A DNA stretch of 64,000 nt, from NCBI GenBank assembly GCA_963675495.1, contig OY776215.1, positions 448,001 to 512,000 of the forward strand. Reading direction: 5' to 3'. Below are positions 42,018 through 52,170 of the stretch, piece by piece; the stretch's first letter is position 1, and every line of letters starts with the position of its first letter. Source of the stretch: an uncultured Methanolobus sp. (GTDB taxonomy: Archaea; Halobacteriota; Methanosarcinia; Methanosarcinales; Methanosarcinaceae). Below the pieces are notes generated by a model that saw nothing but the letters and a program-made list of their open reading frames with translations, ran no database searches and was not told the DNA's origin. The translations under genes were made by a program, and so were the position numbers.

Positions 42018-42386
42018 TCACAGCAAATGATGAATCAATGATATCAGATAGGATGAATTTTGACTAGATTGCATCTGTTGCCTCATTCCTGTCACACGTG
42101 AGACGTATTCATTATAGTTACTTGCAACAATCTCGAATTCCTTGAAACAAACAGACCTCTCAACAGTAATCTTTGATGAGTTCACATGCGTCCTCGCAAC
42201 GTCTATGACAATATGCTGTCTTTCAACTCTAGCATTGAAGTACTTTGCATCATTCCTGGGTCTGATACCATACATCTGAAAATCATTGCCGGCTGGACTG
42301 AGCTGGTCTAACAATGTACTCCACGACTTTTCAATGTCACTGAAATCTTTTGCTTCGTTCATAGCACATTCCTCCAACGTATACAA
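42018..42386 (-). CDS. Hypothetical protein
   Basis: 122-aa ORF with plausible composition, downstream of and co-oriented with the 685-aa gene. Confidence 0.6.
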   Translation of the reverse strand: MYTLEECAMNEAKDFSDIEKSWSTLLDQLSPAGNDFQMYGIRPRNDAKYFNARVERQHIVIDVARTHVNSSKITVERSVCFKEFEIVASNYNEYVSRVTGMRQQMQSSQNSSYLISLIHHLL

Positions 42387-42440
42387 ATATCACATATATG
42401 CATGTTATTGTGCCACCATAATTACAAACTAATCATCAAT

Positions 42441-44498
42441 TTATTTATCCAATTTATCTGGATTCTTCCTAATATAACCCAAGATTTTCGTCTTCAGCTT
42501 CTCTGGGAACGTAGCAATGTTCACACATTTATCTGAGTATTTTTGAATATCTTCTTCTATCTCTGAATATGCTATCGATTTAATTGGTATTGTAATAACA
42601 TGTTGGGCTCCAGTGCCCATAGCTGATGCACCTACAGTAACCTGAATAGCTTCCTGAATCCCAGGTTTAAGTGAAATTTGTATTTCTTCTATTGATTCCA
42701 AGATTTGGTCCATAGTTACACATATATATCCAGTATCTTTCTTGATTTCATCCAATTTATGATTCACATAAATTGTTGGAATCAAAAGAATTACGGTTCC
42801 TATCATTGCAATTTGGTCTTCAACAATCTTGCATTCACTTATTTCATCAATTTTGTCAATAATTAATTTATTTTCAGCAACATCGGGAACCAATGCACGA
42901 ATAGAGAAAATTAAATTAACAAGATTTTTTTCCAATTGCTTTGGATTTTCAACTTGTAACTTTTGAATTTCTTCCTTTACCTTATTTGCAATAGATTCAA
43001 TAGGAGTGCCTTTTGTCTGTTCAGATATAAACGAAGCTTCATTTCTGATTCTCTGAACAATCGACATGATGCCTTTATCTAAATAATCTTGGAAGAATTC
43101 TTTGTCGATAACGAATTCTCTTATATTGATTGCGTCTTGTTCAGCATAATGTTCTATGACAGCCTCCGCCCTTTGATGCAAACTACCCCCATATCCAGAA
43201 TAATCAGTTGCACAATTAAAGAATACATACCATACAGAGTAATCACTGAGAAAGCCATACCTTTCAATGAGAACTGCATAGCTGTAAGCAAAGCCGTTGG
43301 TATATTTTACAGGATGCTTAATTCTGAGAACTTCGGCCTTTTCCATTGTTTTATGCATTTTCTTAGTCTGAATAGTGCCTAATAATAAAGCAGTAAACGC
43401 ACTAATACCATCTCTTATTACTTGATGGCAATCCAATTTGTAAATCATTTCCCAATAAAAATAAGAATCAAGCTTCCGTACTTTTAGTTCAGGCGTGCTG
43501 TCGTCAAGCAAATACTCAGGAGTGGAAACAGTATCTTTTCTCAATAATGAACCAAATTTGTTTTTATTAAACTTTTCTTTTAACAATAGCATTGCATCAA
43601 CAGTTTTGATATTGAATTCATTCTCCAATGGTTTAACTATCTCTTCATTTATTGATTCAAAAAACCTATCCAAACATTTCCATTTTACTTCTGTAGGTGA
43701 CACACTTATGTCTGAATGTTCCCATTTTATTATTGGCAAGACTTCTTCGATAAAACCACCAAAAAGAGATGGTTCACTTTCCAGCTCATCTATTACTTCT
43801 TGGGTATAGAGTTCTGTAGATTGATGCATTCTTTTTAAACAAGTGGATTCATATTTATCTCTGCCAAGAAGAACATACCAAAGATACTGCAAACAAAATG
43901 CATATCCATTGAAGCTTTCATCAAGCCTTTCTTGAGATATTTCTCTTTCTAGAATTGACATAGGATATGTATATTGAACTCCTCTATCGAGGTCATTAAA
44001 ATGGATATGTGTATCCAAAATAGTTACAATTTTCAAAGATAGATTTTTATCTGGAATCTTGCCAGACACTACATCTTCAAGGAAAATCCTATCAAAGACT
44101 GTGAAAACTTCTTGTGCATTAGCCCAGTAATTGGCAATATCATCCCATGAAGCCTGTTCATTTATATGTTTCAACCTGTTCCATAGGTTTTTTATAAATA
44201 TGGTTTTTTCACTTGTATTAGGGATGTCATCAATATACACACCAACAGAATTTGCTCTGTAGTATGCCATATCGTCATCAAAATCAAAGGTAGAGTCATC
44301 ATGAAAGGCATCAAGTAAATCGCTAATCACAACTTCAGTAAAGAACTTATATCCCTCTATCAAAAAAGAATCATCGTCTATTTGATGATATGATTTTAGC
44401 CATTCCCTATATTCACCTAAATTGGAGATAATTTTCAATATGTTGTAGAATGAGAATACTCTGTCAACTTTGTTAGGCTGAATGTGATTTAAATCCAT
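42441..44498 (-). CDS. Hypothetical 685-aa protein (candidate defence cargo)
   Basis: Long AT-rich ORF with no catalytic motif recognised. Confidence 0.75.
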   Translation of the reverse strand: MDLNHIQPNKVDRVFSFYNILKIISNLGEYREWLKSYHQIDDDSFLIEGYKFFTEVVISDLLDAFHDDSTFDFDDDMAYYRANSVGVYIDDIPNTSEKTIFIKNLWNRLKHINEQASWDDIANYWANAQEVFTVFDRIFLEDVVSGKIPDKNLSLKIVTILDTHIHFNDLDRGVQYTYPMSILEREISQERLDESFNGYAFCLQYLWYVLLGRDKYESTCLKRMHQSTELYTQEVIDELESEPSLFGGFIEEVLPIIKWEHSDISVSPTEVKWKCLDRFFESINEEIVKPLENEFNIKTVDAMLLLKEKFNKNKFGSLLRKDTVSTPEYLLDDSTPELKVRKLDSYFYWEMIYKLDCHQVIRDGISAFTALLLGTIQTKKMHKTMEKAEVLRIKHPVKYTNGFAYSYAVLIERYGFLSDYSVWYVFFNCATDYSGYGGSLHQRAEAVIEHYAEQDAINIREFVIDKEFFQDYLDKGIMSIVQRIRNEASFISEQTKGTPIESIANKVKEEIQKLQVENPKQLEKNLVNLIFSIRALVPDVAENKLIIDKIDEISECKIVEDQIAMIGTVILLIPTIYVNHKLDEIKKDTGYICVTMDQILESIEEIQISLKPGIQEAIQVTVGASAMGTGAQHVITIPIKSIAYSEIEEDIQKYSDKCVNIATFPEKLKTKILGYIRKNPDKLDK

Positions 44499-44717
44499 TA
44501 ATATCTAATTTACTATTAGAAATTTAAATATTTAAATAGTCTTCTAGTTTTTAGCACCCGATACGTATACAACTTTGCTTACGCACAGATTTCATGAATC
44601 TCCTAAATTATGCCATACATCACAGCTTTTTCATCAATAAGTGTCCAATAGTAAACACAAACAATAGCCATGTTCATGACCTAAATGTTTTTAATGTCTG
44701 AAATTCACCTGAGATGC

Positions 44718-44742
44718 AAGTCAACACCTATGGTGTCGACTT
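44718..44742. promoter_or_regulatory. Imperfect inverted repeat (operator or hairpin) before the wHTH gene
   Basis: AAGTCAACACC-TAT-GGTGTCGACTT, 10 of 11 positions match. Confidence 0.45.
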
Positions 44743-44756
44743 AGGGTCGGTGACGC

Positions 44757-45614
44757 ATGAAACAATACAAGGACTGTCAACTGAAAGGCCAAATATTAGC
44801 AACTCTTCTCCGAGAAGACCTTTCATCCCGTGAAATCCAAGAAATAGTTCAACACCCATCAAATCGTTCATTTTGGTCAGAGCTCTATGCACTCCGACGT
44901 CGGGGTTACCTCACCACGACGAGCACCATGAAACCATATCTTTATTCTCTGACGAAGAAGGGCGAGATTCATGCCGCTGACCCTTTCATCATGAAGAAGC
45001 ACAAGCAAGAATACTTGCAAAGAAGAGTGAGCGCCATTTTGAACAATGATGAAAGTTTCAAGCAGGCACTTGAAATAGAACTTGAAAAACATCCCTCTGG
45101 AACAACTTCAACGCCTGCGAGTATTACATCATCTCCCAATGCAAACCGCAACGAAGAGACCTCGCAACTTATTAAAGAGCTAAAAGCCAAGGACGATGAG
45201 GTGGCTCTACTTCAATTTCAAGTTCAGGAGATGCGTCGGCAGAAAAGTGACATACGTCAAAGAGAATCATTGAAGCGTCCCTCACCGGAAGAGCAGAAGA
45301 AGGAAAAAGCACGTATCGAAAAAAGAAGGAAGATAGCAACAGCGTATGCATCCCGAAACCGGTTATTAGATATGGAATTCTTCCGGGTTTGGGGTGACCT
45401 CAGACCATATCGTCTCAAATATATGCAGTTATTCAAACCCGGTAGTGTTGAAATCATGAGCAGAAGCAACCCAGAACATGCACGAGGGCACACTGGAGGT
45501 GTGTTGAGTCCCTCTGAGGTCATTGGTGCGAAATTATTCATAAAACAGTACCGCAATGATGGAATTATCGTAAGTGGGCAATGTATGCGTGATGAGAAGT
45601 TATTGAGGTGGTGA
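44757..45614 (+). CDS. Winged-helix plus coiled-coil hypothetical protein
   Basis: ILATL..LSSREI..LYALRRRGYL..YSLTKKG wHTH pattern followed by a coiled coil. Confidence 0.65.
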   Translation: MKQYKDCQLKGQILATLLREDLSSREIQEIVQHPSNRSFWSELYALRRRGYLTTTSTMKPYLYSLTKKGEIHAADPFIMKKHKQEYLQRRVSAILNNDESFKQALEIELEKHPSGTTSTPASITSSPNANRNEETSQLIKELKAKDDEVALLQFQVQEMRRQKSDIRQRESLKRPSPEEQKKEKARIEKRRKIATAYASRNRLLDMEFFRVWGDLRPYRLKYMQLFKPGSVEIMSRSNPEHARGHTGGVLSPSEVIGAKLFIKQYRNDGIIVSGQCMRDEKLLRW

Positions 45615-46079
45615 TATGATTAAACATCTGTGGATTAACCATGAAAACTCCATATGTTTGTGATATTAGTCCACATGACACGGAAATTGAATCGTAACGA
45701 GGGAATCTTAAAAACAGAAACAAATAATTGAAATCATGCAGCGTGACATGGAGATAATGCAGGAACGGTTCGATGAATCGAGGAAAATAAAACAATATAA
45801 AATAAAGAATGCGTCAATCCTGAAGGAAGAGCCGAAATAGGCACAAGAGACAGCAAGATTGCAGAAAATACTGCAAAATCATTGGGATGGGAAACCCGTA
45901 GGTATACCAAAATAGACAATTCAACACATTTTCTTACACTGCAAATAGATAAAAAAACATCGCCTGTTTATTTATATAGTCGTTACATTTATATTTATTA
46001 ACATTATGCATAAGTACTAGTTATATGTAAAAATATCACGTTTGGAAAATGTAAGTAAAAAATCGTATAAGGTGAAAAA

Positions 46080-46406
46080 ATGAAAGTGAATTTAGCAGAA
46101 ATATTAGATAAAAGGGAAAAGAGTCCGTCTCTTGAAGAGAAAATGTTGCAATTGCTCGAAGATGCTATATTGAACATTGAAGGCATAGAGAAATCACATT
46201 CATCTGGGGAGATAGATGATGGTGAATATTATTCACTTATAAAAGCGGCAGTGGTTAAGCTGGAAATGATTCAACAAGAAATCCTGGAGTATGATGAGGT
46301 AAACGACACTACTTTAATTCCACCTCCGTATAATAAAGTGATGATTAATGGAGTAGATTATCACTTATCTCCCCAAGACTGCCATTTCCTATATGGAGTT
46401 AAGTGA
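46080..46406 (+). CDS. Hypothetical protein
   Basis: AGGTGA RBS; 108 aa; followed by a hairpin. Confidence 0.6.
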   Translation: MKVNLAEILDKREKSPSLEEKMLQLLEDAILNIEGIEKSHSSGEIDDGEYYSLIKAAVVKLEMIQQEILEYDEVNDTTLIPPPYNKVMINGVDYHLSPQDCHFLYGVK

Positions 46407-46416
46407 GTAAAACGAT

Positions 46417-46447
46417 TGAAGTGCAAGCTTGGCGGTTTTGCACTTCA
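46417..46447. terminator. Hairpin between convergent genes
   Basis: TGAAGTGCAA...TTGCACTTCA 10-bp stem. Confidence 0.5.
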
Positions 46448-46608
46448 TTGTATTGACTTACTTGATATGGGTTACCCTGGTGCTCACATAATGTTAGGTC
46501 GTCATGATGCACCGTATTTCATTGAATATATCAAAGAAATTAGAAAAAATAAAGATAGTGCAAACTGAAAAGAAAAAGAATGAAGGTATTTGATAACCCA
46601 ACGAATAC

Positions 46609-47019
46609 CTACTTTTTATTCTTAAGAAGGAACTTGAGTAAGTCTGGACCCATATGCAGTTCTCGTTCCATCTTTGCTATAACTTCATCATCAGATAGTC
46701 CATTTACTTTGTACTGGTCTATGCTGTCATAGATGGTCTGTGAGACTTCAGAGTATTCATTGATATCTTTCCTGTGACCCCAGACATCTCCTTCCAGAAG
46801 GGCTATACCTTTCATATCCAGGAACATCTTGGTAGAAGTGGAGATGCTTTTCATGTACGATGGAGGTATGTGAAGTGCTTTTACATTAGGGGATTTTGTC
46901 ACAAGGGTAAGGATATCTGTATTTGATGGTCTGAATGCAAGATGAATCATTTCTTCTTTATCTGTGAGGCTATCGATTTCTTCTTTGGAACTTACTACTC
47001 TTATTTTCATGTTTTTCAC
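46609..47019 (-). CDS. DUF1699 family protein
   Basis: MKIRVVSS, HLAFRPSN and LEGDVWGHRKDINEY signatures. Confidence 0.85.
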   Translation of the reverse strand: MKNMKIRVVSSKEEIDSLTDKEEMIHLAFRPSNTDILTLVTKSPNVKALHIPPSYMKSISTSTKMFLDMKGIALLEGDVWGHRKDINEYSEVSQTIYDSIDQYKVNGLSDDEVIAKMERELHMGPDLLKFLLKNKK

Positions 47020-47300
47020 CTATATATCCTGAAAAGTAACTTATTATATTGGAGGGATTAAGAATATTTAAAAGTTGTTGTATATACAACACATACTTTG
47101 AATCACTTAATCTATGATTATTTATTCAACAGATTGTTTTAAAAAGACCTTCATTTCCAATGCATCAATTCGTATCCTTTGTTGCGTTTTGAGTTTATCT
47201 GTATTTGGTCTAAATCCTAAACACGAATAGCTCGCAGCAATCCGATTATTCGCAAATACAAGAAGGAAACGTTTATAAGCACATGTTGTATTTCCAAAGT

Positions 47301-47876
47301 ATGAAGCAAAAATACTCCAAGGAGTGGCTCAGGGTTGATGAGCTAAAATCTATGCTAGCATTACCAACACTCTGTGAAAAATATGAGGTGTGGATACTTT
47401 TACTTTATACTCCTGCTCTTAGGGTATCGGAAGCTATCAATGTAAGAGTCCGTGACCTTGACGTGCATAACCAATGCGTTGAAATCTGGGGTGGTAAGGG
47501 TTATGATGACACTGAACTTAGGAAAACACCCTGTGAAATCGCTGTACTTAAGCGTATCAAGCGGTTCTGTGAGCATAACAACCTAAGGGCGAATGATTAT
47601 ATCATGTTCAGTAACAAATCGCCTCAGGTCCACAGGTCACAGGTATACCGGGTTTTGAATACGATAGTCCAAGATGCCGGTATTGACAAAAAGACAGGGA
47701 CGCATACCCTGCGAAGAAGCCGTGCTGAGCATCTTCTTGACCAGGGACTACCCTTAACATTTGTGAGCAAATTCCTGAGACACAAGAATCTTTCAACAAC
47801 GATGGCGTACTTAGATGTCAGTGTCGCCGACATCAATCGAGAATTAGATAAAATAGAGTTACCCGTGGTGATTTGA
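47301..47876 (+). CDS. Catalytic-domain-only tyrosine recombinase (resolvase-like)
   Basis: ALRVSE, GGKG, HTLRRS, LRH and TMAY motifs; TATA box at 47272 suggests a leaderless start at 47301. Confidence 0.85.
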   Translation: MKQKYSKEWLRVDELKSMLALPTLCEKYEVWILLLYTPALRVSEAINVRVRDLDVHNQCVEIWGGKGYDDTELRKTPCEIAVLKRIKRFCEHNNLRANDYIMFSNKSPQVHRSQVYRVLNTIVQDAGIDKKTGTHTLRRSRAEHLLDQGLPLTFVSKFLRHKNLSTTMAYLDVSVADINRELDKIELPVVI

Positions 47877-48364
47877 TGTCAAATGACCTCAACGAAAAAC
47901 TGAAGAAGGCAGAAGCAGAATGCAAGGAATTATTTAGATATTGGGACGACATTTCGTGGTTTGAACGGGACATTGTAATTGATTCTATGATGGACTTTTT
48001 CAGGGATAATGAGCTCAAGGATATATCTTATGACATGAGGGATAGAATTGATGAAATGCTTCATTACGTTCTTGATTTCCAAATGCTCAATGCACCCTGT
48101 CGACCTTCACGTTTGCAACTATTGTTAGACCGAAAGAGGAAGCTCAGATTTGACGGTCAGGAGAGACCACAGCACACAGTCATGATGAACGTAATTAAGG
48201 GACTCACCTATGAGCAGCAATGCGAGCTAGCTGATTACGTGGGCGTAAATGACCGCATAGACATATGCGAATCATTAGCACATGCAGGAGATGACTCATC
48301 AGTGCGATTTTTTGCTTTGAGAGGTATGGTTGGACGTCTGCACATGGAGTTCACGCACGGTTAA
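47873..48364 (+). CDS. Hypothetical protein coupled to the small recombinase
   Basis: Start abuts the recombinase stop codon; GGTG RBS. Confidence 0.6.
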   Translation: MMSNDLNEKLKKAEAECKELFRYWDDISWFERDIVIDSMMDFFRDNELKDISYDMRDRIDEMLHYVLDFQMLNAPCRPSRLQLLLDRKRKLRFDGQERPQHTVMMNVIKGLTYEQQCELADYVGVNDRIDICESLAHAGDDSSVRFFALRGMVGRLHMEFTHG

Positions 48365-48842
48365 TGTTCGAGGGTGAATACGGGGGTACATATCCATCAC
48401 CATCATGAGGGCAAATACAAACGGGTCGCTGCCTTCGCCTCCATCAGCCAAGGGCTGTCTCCCCGTTCTCGTCTCCAAGTGTCCAATCTGAGGATTGTGC
48501 GCTCTTCGCTCTCACTACACATAAAGCAAGGAATTTATATTCATGAGCTGATATTTAAAATCACCATTGAAGGATATCGATTGTTGCAATTAATTTGCAA
48601 TAACCCGCATCATTGACCAATGTCATCCATACCGATATGTCCGACCTGAACGGATGGTATGGTGTTTTCAGGTTTGATTTGGAGTACAACCTAACGTATG
48701 TTGATTCCAGGGACATTCCGCGGGAACAGATGAAGAAAGTGGTGAGTGTTTTCCTGCTGGTGGATGAAAGTTGGGATAAGTTATTTTCTCATCATTTAAT
48801 TTTTTAGGAATATAAATATAACATAAAATATGTAGTTGTATC

Positions 48843-49949
48843 ATGATAAAATCGCTTGAGATTCAAAATTATAAAAGTATAAAGCATCAAATTGTTAATT
48901 TTGGTGAAGTCAATATTTTAATAGGGGCGAATAATTCTGGAAAATCAAATCTCCTGGATAGCATATTTACAATTCAGAGTATTTTAAGACGACCACTCGA
49001 TGAGGTTTTTACAAGAGGACCTTTTAGTTTTGGTGGTGTCTTTTGCAAAAGCTCCCGTTATCATGAAGGTATGAGCTTTAAAATGGTTGGAGACATTGAT
49101 TTCAAAGATTTTGAATATTTTATTAAATTGAGTACTAAAAGGGATAGTAATCGCTATAAACCAATAATCATAGAAGAAAAACTAAAATATGATGGAGAAA
49201 CGCACAGTAACACTAATTTAGAAGAATCTTTTGTTTATAAGTCAGAAAATATCCCAAAAGATTTAAGGTACAATATCAACTCAAAAAATTATCAATTTGT
49301 ACCAAAATTAATAAAAAAAGACCATTCAATAGTGGATTTTGATGTTGACTATGAATCTAGATATGTTCCATACCTCCTTCATGATGGAAGCAATCTAATT
49401 GATGTTTTATATTATATTCGAGAGTATGAAATCATAAGGTATTCACATATAATCCAAGAATGCCAAAAATTTTTCCCAAATCTACAGGACATAAAAGTGG
49501 AATCAGGGCTTGGAACCAATTCTGTTCTCCAAGTAATAATGAAAAATAGGAGGGGAAAAGATTGGCGTTTTATAGGTCCACAATTATCCGATGGGTTTGT
49601 AATTATTCTTTCAATAATAACGTTGCTATCATCTGAAAGACTTCCAAACATGATTTTATTTGAAGAGTTGGAAAATGGATTAAACCCTTCGTCAATTGAT
49701 AAGCTATTGAATATAATGTTTGAAGTTGCTCGAAAAAAAAATATTCAATTTTTAATAACAACACATTCTCCAATGTTTTTACAATTGATGCGGAATAGCC
49801 CAGAATCTGTTATTATTTGTGAACAAGATGAAAATGGTTTATCTCACTATATTTCTTTAAAAGAAAGGCTTGAAGTATTCAAAGAAGATTATGAAGAAGG
49901 TGATTCTTTGATAGATTTATGGTTCTCTGGTTTAATAGGGGGGCTATAA
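48843..49949 (+). CDS. ABC-type (AAA_15/AAA_21-like) ATPase
   Basis: IQNYKSI, GANNSGKSN (Walker A), LSDG, LFEELENGL (Walker B/D-loop) and ITTHSP (H-loop). Confidence 0.88.
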   Translation: MIKSLEIQNYKSIKHQIVNFGEVNILIGANNSGKSNLLDSIFTIQSILRRPLDEVFTRGPFSFGGVFCKSSRYHEGMSFKMVGDIDFKDFEYFIKLSTKRDSNRYKPIIIEEKLKYDGETHSNTNLEESFVYKSENIPKDLRYNINSKNYQFVPKLIKKDHSIVDFDVDYESRYVPYLLHDGSNLIDVLYYIREYEIIRYSHIIQECQKFFPNLQDIKVESGLGTNSVLQVIMKNRRGKDWRFIGPQLSDGFVIILSIITLLSSERLPNMILFEELENGLNPSSIDKLLNIMFEVARKKNIQFLITTHSPMFLQLMRNSPESVIICEQDENGLSHYISLKERLEVFKEDYEEGDSLIDLWFSGLIGGL

Positions 49950-50572
49950 TGAGAGTACATATTATTTGTGAGGGACCTACAGACCAACGAATTCTTGAAA
50001 AAATCATACAAATTATTTCGAAACAAAAAATTTATTTTCTTGAACCAAGCAATACACAGCGTAAGAATCGAGGAGTAAATTCCATATTAAATCCTAAAAC
50101 CTTAAACCGTTTTTTGCGTTATTCTTTCAACGAAAGAGCAGATTGTATTATTGTTTGTGTTGATAATGATGATGCACCTATAACATCAGAAGGAATCCCT
50201 GAAAGGTATAATTCCGTGCACAAAATTTTTGCTGACTTTGCTGAAAGAAACGCAGCGAGTTATGATCTTTATCCTGCAGCATGTATTGTTGTCCCAATTA
50301 AAACAATTGATTACTGGATGTTAGCGGGCTTGATGAACGATTCTGGTGTTGGCACAATAAGGGGCATTGAAACTTACGATAAGGCTTCTATTAAGGATAA
50401 AGTATACGGAAAAGAGAATTTAAATCCAATTGGTTCACCCTTTGAAAGTATATTTGAAGAAAAACTTCAAAGCGCCATCAATGAACATACAGTGTACAAT
50501 ATTCTCCCTAATCTATCTAGTTATTCTAGGTTTTTTGAATCAATTACTAAGATTTGTTGTGATGAACGATAA
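49949..50572 (+). CDS. TOPRIM-like (DUF4276/OLD-type) putative nuclease
   Basis: MRVHIICEGPTD and VCVDNDD motifs; TAATG stop/start overlap with the ATPase. Confidence 0.65.
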   Translation: MRVHIICEGPTDQRILEKIIQIISKQKIYFLEPSNTQRKNRGVNSILNPKTLNRFLRYSFNERADCIIVCVDNDDAPITSEGIPERYNSVHKIFADFAERNAASYDLYPAACIVVPIKTIDYWMLAGLMNDSGVGTIRGIETYDKASIKDKVYGKENLNPIGSPFESIFEEKLQSAINEHTVYNILPNLSSYSRFFESITKICCDER

Positions 50573-50738
50573 TACTACAATGGCCACAAAAATACTCCTT
50601 TACATAATTAGATAAAATGTAAACATTAAGGCGCTCTTTCTCAAAATAGCCTTTAAAATCCATCCCGTTAATACCTACCATAGTTATATACTTCTTTACA
50701 TTTTGTGTTATTGTAAACTTTTAAAATGTGAGGATACA

Positions 50739-51385
50739 ATGGCAGAAATTATTCCATTTCAAACAAGAGACCTAGTGCTACAAGAGTAGACCGACTATCT
50801 GACCATAGGTGAGTATCATGCATTGTTGGAGGCTGTAGGAAGGAAATATGAGGGGTTGAAACGGAAGTCAATAAGGAACCTTCAGATTAAGGAAAGGAAC
50901 AAGCTCCTCCTTCAGATGATGTGGATAACTGATGGGAGGATTAGTGATGTTCTTAGTATCAGGACCGAGGATATCGACTTCCATGGCCTGACAATCAAGT
51001 TCTATGTCAAGAAGAGGAGTGTCTGGCACACACTGAGCATTGACTCTGATATTGCACTGCTTATATCCAATTACATTCGTACTTGGAAGATTGAAGGCCC
51101 ATTGTTCACAGGGTTTGGTAAGGATGAGAGCATTCTCACTCGGCAGTATGTGAACCAGATGCTTAAGGAGTACTGTGAGCTTGCTGGAATAAGGAAAATC
51201 CATCCTCCCCTGTCATACATGAACTGGCAATTGATTTGCTCTCACAGGGCGTTCCTATGGAGGTTATTTCGTTTAGATTGAATCATAGTAGCACGTTGAC
51301 CACTGCGAAGTATTATACCAGGATAACGCCGGATATTGAAAGGGATTTGATTAAGCAGCATGTGGTTAGTTTGATGGGGCAGTGA
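50739..51385 (+). pseudogene. Tyrosine recombinase pseudogene
   Basis: In-frame TAG at 50787; DGRISD; frameshift at the HxxRH motif (~51210). The shifted frame continues HELAIDLLSQGVP..LNHSS..TAKYY to a stop at 51385. Confidence 0.85.
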
Positions 51386-51418
51386 ATGCGTAAAGTGCTT
51401 CAAAAAATTAAACTTCCG

Positions 51419-51934
51419 TCATATACTTTTTGAAAAACTAATACACGTTTTAACTTCATTCCAACAGAATCCTAATGAAATTTTTATTTTTTTCCAAAGT
51501 ATGTCCTTTTTAGCTGTATTTAATCCTCGGTTCACATCTCTACAAGCAAGATGAATATTAAAAATAATATCGTATAACACTTGATGTGATTTACATACTT
51601 TATCGATGAAGAAACCCTTTTTGAAATATAAAGCATCCTGAGGAATATCAAATGAAAATTCGGTTTTACTGTCACTGACTTCACAATTGGTAGTTACAAC
51701 AAAAGCAGGGACCGAATCAATTCCAAAATATTTACGGCATGGTTCAAACCCATCATCCTGTGGGAGAAAGATTTTTACCAAACAATCTTTTGTGTTTCTA
51801 CCCATATCTACAAAAGTATCATAAATTAATTTATCTCGCTCATTTTCACGAGATGGGAGTAAAACGAAAAAATATGAATTAAACACAGGCTCAGATGCAA
51901 AACCACCAGCGATATTTACTTCATAAAACCCCAT
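51419..51934 (-). CDS. Hypothetical protein (possible thioredoxin-like fold), divergent from the helicase operon
   Basis: 171-aa AT-rich ORF; FGIDSVPAFVV resembles a thioredoxin cis-Pro loop. Confidence 0.55.
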   Translation of the reverse strand: MGFYEVNIAGGFASEPVFNSYFFVLLPSRENERDKLIYDTFVDMGRNTKDCLVKIFLPQDDGFEPCRKYFGIDSVPAFVVTTNCEVSDSKTEFSFDIPQDALYFKKGFFIDKVCKSHQVLYDIIFNIHLACRDVNRGLNTAKKDILWKKIKISLGFCWNEVKTCISFSKSI

Positions 51935-52170
51935 AAGCTATCACTTCCCATTAAATGTTAGGTATGTAGGAATATAGTATGAATTTAACCTGGCTCTGCA
52001 AAGCCATTAACTTAGTATTAGTAGTTTCAATTGTTAATAGTTTCTATCTTAGACAAATTTTATTCCTAGGATAATATATATTAAGGCAACTTTCGTGATT
52101 TATGTGTACCCTGTCAACGTCATTGAGAAATTACCAAAATTATTTAATCAGAATAGATTATATTACGTTC

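Noticed and set aside
48374-48807. 80-aa and 64-aa ORFs after the small recombinase operon
   Set aside because: GTG/TTG starts, no clear RBS and atypical composition; more likely non-coding or decayed.
50787-50789. In-frame TAG as a pyrrolysine codon in the third recombinase
   Set aside because: The same gene has a frameshift destroying the HxxRH motif, so ordinary decay is the simpler explanation.
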